The notes under the pieces are model-generated. The model worked only from the letters and a program-made list of their open reading frames with translations. It had not been told where the DNA came from and made no database searches. Positions 24,141 to 35,580 of a stretch of DNA of 64,000 nt are shown piece by piece. This DNA comes from Macrostomum lignano. Lineage: Eukaryota. A program made the translations under genes and the position numbers. Where the stretch lies: the NCBI GenBank assembly GCA_002269645.1, contig NIVC01001162.1, forward strand, positions 1-64,000. The letters run 5' to 3'. The first letter of the stretch is position 1; every line of letters starts with the position of its first letter.

Positions 24141-25285
24141 ATATCATGTACTCGTACTCCCAACATGACGAGACATTGCCGGAGACATTTTTTATTTCCA
24201 AGAGACATGAGGAGACTGGCCCAAAACATCATTAACACAAGCCTTTTAAGTTATTAATAGTAAACAATGACGGATTATGTAAGAATAAAAAGTTTATAAT
24301 TTATCGGAAAAATGTATCCTGATATCCCATGCAATGTCTCTGAGACAACGTCTTAAGGCAGTCTCAGGGCCATGTCTGGACAAAGGAAAAGAGACACCCC
24401 ACATAATGTCTCCCCAGCATGTCTTCGAGACATGTTATCATGTCAATTGATGTCGATTGTGCGTTTGCAATGTCTCCGAGAGACATCTTTCCTTTTTACC
24501 CGGGTAGGGCAGGAGGGGCACGGGGTGGCAGCCCAAGTAACTAAAAATAATAAAATCAGCAGACACGAAAGAAATGACTGAACAAGTGAATATTTTGTCT
24601 TCACAAAGCAGACCAGAGCAGTCGGTATTGCGGCTTATAATCAATAGAATTAATAACAAGGAGATACGGATCGCAAGCGTCTCAAATGAGGACTCTGCAG
24701 CTACCAGCTTTGCTGTTTATTTGAAACTGACGGTCCAGAAAAGACCAGCACGAATTGACAGACAGAACGCACGAACATTACTGGGATTCAGGCTCACGGC
24801 GGAACGGGCAGGAACTGTGTGAATAGAAGGGATGGAGAGAGGAGGAACTGGCAGTCGCTAACTAGCGGCCTTACGTGAAACTTGTGCCTGCTTTTTTCAC
24901 AAAAACAAAGAACGCAGCCAAAACTTTCACAAAAATGCTACGCGCAGGGGGAGAAACGAGCAAAAGTTAATCAAGGAAGGTAAGGAACTGGGGATCTAGC
25001 AAAGAATTGGAGTTATTATTTGCCCGAAGTTAAATTTTGGGATTGCATAGCAGAGCCGCAACAATGAGACAGACTGGTGCAAACTGTAAGGAGTTGAATA
25101 GAACGTACATTAACAATTTAGTAACAAATATTACTTTAATAATTGAACGGGCCCATATCGAATAGTCTTCTCATCAATGAAGGAATATCGATTACCTACT
25201 CTCTGCATGCTGCTAAGTGCCGTCATCCCAGGCCCTCCTTCCCTCCCAGTGGCTGGCTGCAACTTTATGCTTCGTGCAAAACTTT

Positions 25286-27396
25286 TCATCGCCTTGAGGG
25301 GCCTCGGCCGCCGCGCCCGTAGCTGCCGGCGCCGCCGCCGCTTCGGCCACCAAAACCGCCGCCGCCGCCGCCGCCGCCACGCCGACCAGAAGATTTTTTC
25401 TCTTCGAGGTTCAGCGTAGTTCCGTGGCTGCTCGTGTGTCTCTGCGGATGCGATCGAACGGATATGAAAGTAGAAGTGAGCACAGCGGTGTGGGTATTAA
25501 AGCTAGGGAGAGGCACAACTGAGGGCAGGGAAGAGGGTAGCACGGGCCAAGACAGAGGATAACATGGGGCAGGACAGAGGGTAGCACAGGGCAGGACAGA
25601 GGGTAGCACAGGGCAGGACAGAGGGTAGCACAGGGCAGGACAGAGGATAGCACAGGGCAGGACAGAGGGTGATGGGGCAGGACAGAGGGTGATGGGGCAG
25701 GACAGAGGGTGATGGGGCAGGACAGAGGGTGATGGGGCAGGACAGAGGGTGATGGGGCAGGACAGAGGGTAGCACAGGGCAGGACAGAGGGTAGCACAGT
25801 GCAGGACAGAGGGTAGCACAGTGCAGGACAGAGGGTAGCACAGTGCAGGACAGAGGGTAGCACAGGGCAGGAGAGTCTCTTCCAGCCGCACTGACCTTCA
25901 TGTCGATGAGTTTCCTAGCGACGGCGGGATCGGCAAAGCTGATGAATCCGAATCCCACAGAGCCGGGCGGCCTGCTGCGGTTAGAGTTGATCCGACAGCT
26001 GACAACCTCGCCAAACTGGCTGAACTCTTCGATCAGGTCGTCCTCGCTTATATTTGGCCCGATGTTGCCGACGAACACCTGCTGATTATCGGGCACGTCC
26101 TGCTCCTGTCCCCACTGCTGCTGCTGCGGCTCAGCCTTAGCTTGACCGTTTGTAGGAACTTGAGCCACTTGTTTGCGCTGCTGCTGCGGAGCCGGCTGAG
26201 CTGGTGGCGGCGGCGGCGGCGGCGGCGGCTGAGGAGCCGCAACGGAGCCGCCGCCAAAGAGAGCAGCGAAATTCTTCTTGACGCCGACAGCGGCGCCAGC
26301 TGAGGAACTGCCCGCTCCACCGCCGCCGCTAACAATGGGAGCCGGCATCTCCTTGGGCACAGTTGAAGCAGCCGCGTCCTGCAGCTGCTCCGGCTGCTGC
26401 TGCTGGTCAGCGGCCAGGCTCGAGGCCACCAACGCCGCGTCATCAATGCCGGTGGCGGCAACGATGGAACCGTCGCCGTTGGCGGCCATCGGGGAAGCCA
26501 GCCCTGGCGGCTCGTCAGGGGAGACGGTGGAAACCGGGGGCGGGGGCGTTGTAACAGCTACTGGGGCAGCAGGAACGGCAGCGGTCGCGTCGCCATCGAC
26601 GGTCGGCTCAGCCGCTGCTGTCGGCTCCATTGCGACGTCGGAAACATCGGCATCAGCGTCGGTGAACACCTCGTCCTGGTACCTGGGGGCGGCAACGGGT
26701 TGGCGGGCTTCGGGTCTTCGATATGAGTCCAAGACAAATTGCGGATCAGTTTAGAGAATTTCTTAGGTTAATGGCGCTTCTCCATGTGGTTTAGGAGTGG
26801 TATTTTAAGTGGTTTAGGGTGGTTTTTCAGGTGGCTTTAGGGCGGTTCTCCAGGTGGTTAAGGTGCGGTACTTCAGGTGGTTAAGGGGCGGTACTCCAGG
26901 TGGTTAAGGAGCGGTACTCCAGGTGGTTTATTCCATCTGTTACACTAATCCCGCACAATAACCTGAAGATGTCGCGCTGCACAAAATATTTCTTGGGACC
27001 GTTGGGCGCTAGCAGGAAAGTCTGCATGAACCGGCGCATAGGGCCGGCATTGTTGCTAATCTCGCCGCAGACTTGGATTAGCACGCCATCGCCATTGGAG
27101 TCCGGCATGGAGTCGACCATGAGAATTTTGGTCCGACAGTCGAACAGCTTCAAACTGGCGATCCGCTCGGCGATGGCCGACTGGCCGCAGGCGGGCGACT
27201 GCGCCTGGTCGGGCAGGTCGCGGCCGCCGTGGATGAACAGGGAGGTGGAGGAGTAAAAGCGGTGCAGATCCCAGGGACACTTGTTGACGCTCATGTAGTA
27301 GATGTACACAAACTCGTTTCCGACCTCGCGTGCCCTACTAATGAGAGCCGGGTCTGTGGCGTTCAGCTGCTGCTGCTCAGCGGACGGTTGAACCAT
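25286..27396 (-). CDS. G3BP: G3BP/Rasputin-like protein (NTF2-like domain, acidic/Pro-rich region, RRM, RGG tail); exons 27396-26963, 26682-25896 and 25441-25286, about 458 aa
   Basis: VGNEFVYIYY...LHRFY...MRRFMQTFLLAP...DIFR|YQDEVF; RRM QVFVGNI...FGFISF; LNLEEKK followed by RGG repeats. Splice phases are consistent. Confidence 0.93.
25560..25870. repeat. 20/22-bp minisatellite in G3BP intron 2
   Basis: GGGCAGGACAGAGGGTAGCACA and GGGGCAGGACAGAGGGTGAT units. Confidence 0.95.
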
Positions 27397-28034
27397 TACC
27401 GATTTGCTCAGTTGATATTGTATATACTTCTATGGAAATACCCGAGTCAGTCAGCTAACATACAGCTCGGAGCTGCGCTGATCCAGTCATGCATTAGTTG
27501 GTTTAATTTCCCAGATTATTATAATTACCAATCATTTGCTAAATTTGCACACTGTTTTTTTACATACTGGATGCCATTATATTAAGGTTCCAGTTGCACA
27601 AATACTAGCTAACTTGTTAATTAAGCTCTTGCTCAACATGTTATAATATAAAATCAGTTACAATTTTCCATCCTGTTCGATTAGGGGCCAAGCAAGAGTG
27701 CACTAGAAAATGTGCATGCCATTATGACCAACTCATGCAAGTATTCAATATGCAGTACAGTTACACATGCTGTGTGCTCTTTGAATTATGTGCATATACT
27801 CAATTCACATAATGGTATTTTACTTTGGGTTTAAAACATTAGCAAGCAGCAAATTTGCCCATGGGAAGTTAGCTCCCATATGCTTGTCTGCAGGGCATTA
27901 GCTTATAGAAAATTGGTCACAGAAATTTGCCCATAGACATTCAGTTATCTATTTATGATATTATGCACAACTTAGAATATGACAGACTATAGAAAGATTG
28001 TTTTTTTCTTTTTAATAGTGTGACCCTTTGGGAT

Positions 28035-28312
28035 CATACATGCGCAACCCCCTGATTTACACTGGCCATGCGACTTACTATTTGACCAAAAAGGCGACTT
28101 ACCTGTGAAAGAAACCTTGAAGCAAAATTAACGCTTTTGGGTAAACGGCAGGAGTAACTATAACTGTCTTCTAAGGGCTAAATGCCTCGTCATCTAATTA
28201 GTACTACGTGTATTCTTTGGGTGGGCATTTTTGCGACTTACCCCTGGACCCTGGTCCGCCACAATTTACAGTGGCCAGATCGGCCAGGTCGGCCAGCAGT
28301 TGCGCATGTATG
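28035..28312. mobile_element. Second copy of the CATACATGCGCAAC MITE, inverted relative to 17862, 8-bp TSD TTTGGGAT
   Basis: Perfect TIRs and exact TSD. The internal sequence is the reverse complement of the 17862 copy. Confidence 0.9.
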
Positions 28313-30349
28313 TTTGGGATGCTTAAGCTTTATCTTATCTTAACTTAATTATGTTCAATATTGATGCCCTTTTCTATTTGCCATGGTTCCATTGTCCTCT
28401 GTTAACTATATACTATCTTGTGATAAAATTGAAATCTATTGCATTATTTATCTGCTATATATATATATCTTAAGCTAATATATTTTATTATCACTATTTA
28501 GTTAGGGACAACTGTCTACTAATTTATAGTATTCAACAATTATAAATAAAAATCATGAAAGTCATAATTATAAGTGCTATTTTAACTTGTTAGTACTGCT
28601 TACTTCCCACTGGGAAAGGGTATACTGAAACCCTTAAATTAGAAAAGGGTATATGTACATGGTTGTTTGGTGATGAAAAAACGACCATTAGCATAGTTTA
28701 TGCTCTGCTATATTTTCAGTTGTTTTAGAATTCATAAGCAACTATGTGAAAAATATAGAACTGGAAGTTTGATACAGAATGCTTTCTGCAGCTTTTTTTC
28801 TATTTATTATGGTTATAAAGTTACAAGTGCTTAAAGTTCAAAAATGGGACCCCATCATGGAATGACCCAAGAAATAAGACTTGCTTGCTTTTATTCATGA
28901 ACTTAGTTTCCCTTTTTGAATTCTCTTTAAAAACAAAACATTGTATTTTGATAAAAAATATAGGAATAGATTAGGCCAATAGATATTATGTTTATATAAG
29001 CTATTAGAGAATAAGCAAAAGGGCATTGCTAGATATATAAATTGTTTTAGATCAAATTAAAAATAGATATGATTTTTGCTTCCTTTAGGAATGTTTTATC
29101 ATAAATATATTTTTCTTATAAATTTTAAAACTACTTTTTGCATCTATGGTTTCAATTATTATTTTTTCTCAAAAATTTTGTTTATCAAGTTGCATTTACC
29201 TATAATATAGTCATTTAACAGATTTTTATATGGAAAAAACAAAAGTAGATTGTGCAAGCACACTTGGACTCTAAGTTTAATAAGCTAAATATAGAATATA
29301 GATTTTATTTAGGATATATTTTTAGTGTTAATTTTTTTTGTCATAATGAAACTATATTTTAGGTCAAATTTCAAGTTATAACATAGCTTAGTCTAGAATT
29401 CTTGCTCATTTTAAAGTTATATACTTAGCCAATCTTATCATTTCTATTGTAAGTCATATTTTTTACTTTATCCTATTTGTCAATATTGCTTATTATTTCA
29501 CTTTATATATATAATCTAAAAGGAATATTATTAGAATTTTTTGGATTCCATTTTATCCTAGAAGGAAGGCACTTTGCATTTTAGCTATGTCACTTATGAA
29601 GCCTTTGAGGTTCATCTCATGATTATAAAGTAAAAAAAATGCTTGATAGTCTATTAATGGCTGCATGGCAGACTTCTAGACCATGTGCAACAAAACTAGC
29701 TAAGACTACCAAGTGAAATACCCACCAACAAGGGGGCACAAAGGTCAGCACTATTAAATGAGTCATTGGTAAGTAGTTTTGCTTCTTCTAATCTCATTAT
29801 CTATTTAAATAAATAAGTCTAATTTTTCATATATTAGGCTGTAATTTTTGTTAAGCAAACTCTTTGACATACAAATTTGAAAATAATGGACATTTAGTAA
29901 AAAAAATAATATACAAACAGGCCTTATAAATATCACCTTTCTTTTCAAAAAATAATGTTAGCACTCAAATGCAGGGTGCCTAGGCATTTTAGCAAGTAAA
30001 ATAAAGGAGACTGTTTGATTAATGCCAAAAAATGAGATTTAATTTGGTAACATAACAATATGGACATAAATGTACATCATTCTTTTGTTACATTTATATT
30101 TTAATAAACTGTTTTTAAAGTCTTTTTAAATCTAAATATAAATCTTTTTTAAATCAACAAATATTTTAAAATCTGAAATTGTACTCCAACAAAAAACCTA
30201 TTAATTGTTAAAATAGTTAGAGGTAAATTAAAAATTGGAATAAATTTGTGGTAAATTTAGATTTGAGGGTATATTGATCTTCTTGGTTGGTATTGCCATG
30301 GAATGATAGGCAATGTCTGTCTAAAGCCTATATAAACAAACTCTAGCCT

Positions 30350-30950
30350 CTTGCCTCTGCATTTCTCTATGTCCCTTAGGTGCTCTGAAACTCTATCTCC
30401 TTTTCTGTCTCTTCTCAATTTGTCTCTTCTCTCTTATTCCCTTTCTCTTGTCTTCTTTACTCTTCTCTTTCATCTTGCTTATCTCTATTTCCTCTACTCT
30501 TTTCTCTCTTCCTTCTGCTCTTGTATTTTTCCTCTCTTTTTTGCACTCCTTTTTTTCTTAGCTCTCTTATCTTTCCTCTTCTCTCAGCTTTCTTATCTTT
30601 TCTCCTTTCTCTCAGCTCTCTTATCTTTCCTCTTTCTTTTTCTATCACTTCTATTTCCTCTCTTTTCTTAACTCTCTTTTCTATTATCTCTTTAATCTCT
30701 TTTTTCCTATCTGTTCTTTTCCTTACTCTTTTCTTTCTCTCCTTTATACTCTTTTATCTTTCTCTCATCTTATCTCTTTCCTCTCTCTTTTTGTCTTTTA
30801 TCTCCTTCTTTTTATCTCTACTATCTTTTCAATTCTCTTTCCCTTTTCCTTCCCCTCTTTTTTGCCTTCTCTATTTATCTTCTTATCTTCTCTTATCTTT
30901 TATCTTATTGCCTTTCTCAAAATTTTTTTCTTATTGCTTATTCATTATTC
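30350..30950. repeat. CT-rich polypyrimidine low-complexity tract
   Basis: Base composition. Confidence 0.9.
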
Positions 30951-31386
30951 TTTCCAGTTTCCACTCTTATTTGCCCTTGCAGCCAATAGGGGGCCTAGAT
31001 AGATTATTTAACTGGTCTTTGAGGTAAAAGTCTACCAATTGAAAACCAGTTTGTAAGATATAGTACTTTTATGGTTATTTTATTTTGTGGCCTAGCCTAT
31101 TTATTGTCTGCTTTGATCAAGTCATCCTTTTGGCCAATTTGCAGCCCTAAGAAGAACTTATATATCTCCAACTTTACAGTTCCACATATCTAATAATATT
31201 GTGGCTAACCTAGGATTAATGATTTAAAGTTTTTTCAACTAGTAACTAATCATATATATAAACCATTTTGTTGAAACTTACAAACTATTTTTCTATATAA
31301 CTTTGTCTAGGAAAAAATACAAGTCAATAGTTGTCTTTAAAAATGATTATTTAAAAGGATCCTAAAATAATAATATATTAATTATG

Positions 31387-31995
31387 GGCAATCCTTTGGT
31401 TTCTCACTCTAAATTATTTAAATCCTTTTTTGAACTTTTTAGAGTCCGACAAGGTTACATAGTTCTTGCAAGAGTTTATAGAGTTCTACATATGGTAGTA
31501 GTGTGTTATCCAATAGAGGATATTGCTGAAGCACTAGCCACTAATGGGGGAAAGGTGTAGGACCAAGACCGCCACACACCAAGACTGCCACACTTGGGGA
31601 ACTAAGGGAGAAATTTGAATTTGTGTTATTAGATGGTGCTAGAGAGATGAGTGGGTAGGAGAGCCAGTAGCGAGAAAAGAACCTATGAGAAAAATAGCAA
31701 TACTAGAAGATTGGTAGCTCCCCTTCAATACCAGTAACCAGTAATAGCTATGGTGGTCTTGGTGTGTGGCAGTCTTAGTCATGTGCCAGGGGAAAGCTAG
31801 GCGAATAGTTGACTGTCAGATGGTTGGCCAACGTGTTGTAGGCGGCTTATTGGTCCAGGGCCATAGTCAGGAAGGTGGCCTTTACCATGGAAAATTCTGG
31901 CACACACAAGGGGCCCCTAGCACACTTGGCGCACAATCATGCCCATGGGACTCCAGGGTTTAAATAATTTAGAGTGGGAAACCAAAGGATCAGTT
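31387..31995. mobile_element. Merlin-type non-autonomous element carrying nested insertions
   Basis: GGCAATCCTTTGGTTTCTCACTCTAAATTATTTAAA has an inverted match at about 31957-31994. The TIR resembles that of the 63094 element. The right end is degraded. Confidence 0.6.
31554..31787. mobile_element. MITE with GG-starting TIR (consensus near GGCGCATGACCAAGA) and near-perfect 8-bp TSD (GGGGGAAA/AGGGGAAA)
   Basis: Inverted subterminal ACCAAGA..GCCAC repeats. A related end lies at about 14420-14457. Confidence 0.7.
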
Positions 31996-33257
31996 AACTA
32001 TGTATTGTGTGCTAAAAATCCTAAGAGATAAAGTGGCTAAAATAAAGGAGAAAGTCCCAAAATCTGTCTTTGAATCTCTTTCATCACATATTTTTTTAAA
32101 GAGAAAAAAGGAAAAGTATCTACCCTTCTAGGTCGGTGTTAGGCCTAACTATATAGACATATAGTATAGTAGGGGCCTATCAGAGTATATACTAATATAG
32201 ACTAAGTGCTCATTTGAGAATATATTCGAGCACTTAGCTGCACTTTGTGCACCTTAAAAATTCAATTTGGCGCACACTCTTTTCTGATCTGAATTATGAA
32301 TTGATTATGAGAAATGAGAATGACATAGAATTAAATTAGGATTAGGATTAGAGAACAAGAATTAAATCGCTTATGCGTTATGTTGGGCAGGTTATATTAT
32401 AAGTTAAACAAAGTTAAAAAATCCCACTACAATTTCTTAGTTATCTAACTCAATATAAAAATTCGGGAGGGTCAAGCCTAATACACAGATTATAAGGTGC
32501 CCAACTTCATTTCTCGGTTGGTAAATTAACTAATACATTTACACGAACAGTACGTCACTTGGGATTCACACATTAAACACTTTACATTTCTTCTTTGTTT
32601 GGCCGAATTAAATTTAAGAAAGTAATCCAGAACTATTATTTTCTAGACTTTAGAATTTTTATCAGAAATATTTTTAATTTTTGTTAAGCAGTACGTAAGG
32701 GAATTGATTATTATTTAAATTCAGTTGAAAGCTTTCTACGAATTCAAATTACTTCTTCTATCATATACATATATCCTAATTTACTGGTAATCATTTTTGA
32801 TTCTTCGATAAAAGACTCTTTGGCAAAGGGCCAAAGGTCACTTGGGTTAAAGACGACTTCGGCGATAGTCCTGAAAGATTTAATATAAATTTGTTTAACT
32901 AGGGCCTACTAAGCTATATTTCTGACAGTGTAGGCCTATTAAAACATTTAGAATTGTCACATTGTTTAGAAGAGAACTGTTTTACTTTTAATTTTACCAC
33001 GCAAAATTTAAAAACTTATTTACCTATTGAAAATAGATTTTGTTTGCGTTTAGACACACGGTTATGACCTTGCCTTAGCTTAGCTAATGAAAAGGCCCTA
33101 TGTAGTAATTTTTTTGAATTTGTCAAAATTGTACAATACTTTATTGAAATATTTCTTCAACAAATGTCATATAACCCAAAATTTATAATTAAAACTAGTG
33201 TTCCGCCGTAAGGAGGGTCCATGTACCATCATAGCCGTAAGCAAAACTACGGCTTAC

Positions 33258-33696
33258 CCATAGTCGGGAAGGTGGCACAGTGTGCGCCGAAACTATTTTG
33301 ATGGCTTTTGAGCACTGTGCGCCATACGCCGTAAAGAAAAGATTTTGTGCGCCGCAGCGGGCCATGATAAGGTAAGTCTAAGGTAAGGTAAGGTAAATTT
33401 GAATTTACGGTAGACAAATTTGAATTTCATTTATGTATTTTATATCGTGATTTATGTAATTTTAGTACTCTTTGATAGTATAACATTTTATTTTACGAAT
33501 TATGGAATTAGGCCTGACACTATATATTTTGCAAAGTATAACAAAGTGTAACTATATATTTTTTCAGCGCCATGCGCCATGTGCACCGCCAGAGCATTTT
33601 CAATTTTTCCTTGTACGCTGTATGCGCCGTGTGTGCCAAAAAAGGGCCAATTTGCGCCGGAAAATTCACCAAAAACTGCCACCTTCCCAGCTATGG
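33258..33696. mobile_element. MITE with TIR CCATAGTCGGGAAGGTGGCA and 8-bp TSD (CGGCTTAC/CAGCTTAC)
   Basis: Inverted termini and internal GTGCGCC motifs. It is the same family as 52699-53259. Confidence 0.85.
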
Positions 33697-35580
33697 CAGC
33701 TTACTCCAATTCTTTGTATTCCGTAGCCGTAGTTTTAAAAAAAGTCTAAAAAATAAAATATTTTGAATCAAGAAGATAACCTAGTGCTTAAACAACTGCA
33801 AATTAAATTAGAAAATAAAAGAAACACTTACCAGGTAATTGTCTTTGTAAGATTATGTTTTGTCTTTTTTCAGAGCAACAATACTTAATTATTATTGAAA
33901 GTACTAACACTAAACTTTTTCACATTAATAAAAATTAGAGTTTGCTAGTGTTTAATTTTATTTTTTAGGTATAATTTGTAAGTTTCTAGGTTGATAATAC
34001 AGTTTACTAAAAGTATTTTTGTTTTACTCTACCTGTTTCTAATATTTTTTTCAATTTTTAACATTAATAACTACAGCTACAGGAATCTATGGAATGTGAC
34101 AGCAACTACCATATTTCCATAGTTGTAGCCATAAGAGCAGCTAGCTACTGTAGGCATATCCATAGCTACCATAGGCATCTATTTTACTGTATTTGCCGTG
34201 GGATCCCATAGCCATAGCTATGGCTACAGCAGAACACTAATTAAAACTAAAGTATTTTGAATCTTTTTTATTTTTTTATAATAGTTATAAGAATATATTT
34301 TGTTTTTGCTTAAAGTTTAAAGTTACCTTGATTTTAAATAAACTAACCTATTCAAGCAAAGTTAAATTAATAACTTTAATTTTTATCTTTATTATTATTT
34401 TTATTCAGCATATATAGCCTGTATTCATTTTTAAATGATAAGAATGCTATAGCATCTTGAATTTTTTAAATTGTATCTTAAAATTAGATATTGGATGCAA
34501 TTTCATATCTTAATATAGGTTTTAGTTTTTATGCCTAAAATTACCTAAAATTGATACATTTTTACAATGCACCAATGTGCTATAAAATATATTCCACTGG
34601 TATCAAAGCATATAGATATAGATTATAAGCATGGTAACAATAGAGAATATTATCATATATAATAGCATATGTATATTTGAAATCTTTTTAAAAATCTTAT
34701 TCATAAAACCATTATATATTGCAATCAAAGTCTAACCATGCTAAATGCCTTTTTTTCTTATATTAGAAATCCATTCCCTATAAGAATGCCTTATACCCCC
34801 TTCTTTATGTATGCTTTTATTCCTCCCTTCTATGGGCCCTATACCCTTCCTTATATCCTATCTATGCCTTTATACTCCCCATATGTATTCTTATATATGG
34901 TCCCATATTCTTTCCTTTTGCATGCACCCCAAATACCTTTCCTTAAACCCTCTTATACCATATTGCCACTATATGCCACATTGCTATTAGTTCCTAGACT
35001 AATTATTAATTAACTACTTACTAGATACTATGGCCATTGGCTATAAAATAAGAACAATATATTTGCACTAAGTATTGAAGTCTATTTATACAATGTATTT
35101 ACAATCATGTGTCTTTGATCACCAACTATATTCTAAAAAAACTTTAAAATTTGAGGAACAATATTGCTTTATATTTTACTTAGGTAATTTGTAAATTTAA
35201 TTAGGCCTCGCCGCCTACCAAAATCATTCTAAATAAAATACAAAATAGAAAAATTTATTTATAAAATGTTGCCATTGACTTTATCTAAGTTTGTTTGCAA
35301 TATAAAACTTTTTTATTATATTTTTGCTTTGGGCTAATCTGTCTATTTGTACCATTTTTAATTTGTTTAGTTTTTGAACATCTCAGATACCTTATAGGTT
35401 TACAAGGCCTATACAAAGAGTTTGTTTTTGGTATTTTATAAAAATCAATAATGTAATCCATTTCGTTTTTTGTATGATTTTCAGCAAATTTCATATCAGC
35501 TGCTCTGCAGGTTCCCATGCAGATTGTGTGGAACAAAACTGCAGCATAGCTATAAATATCAATTTTCACTATATCAAAAC

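Noticed and set aside
24150-24490. Inverted clusters of GAGACA/TGTCTC as Smad sites
   Set aside because: More simply explained as subterminal repeats of a decayed foldback element; no termini or TSD could be defined.
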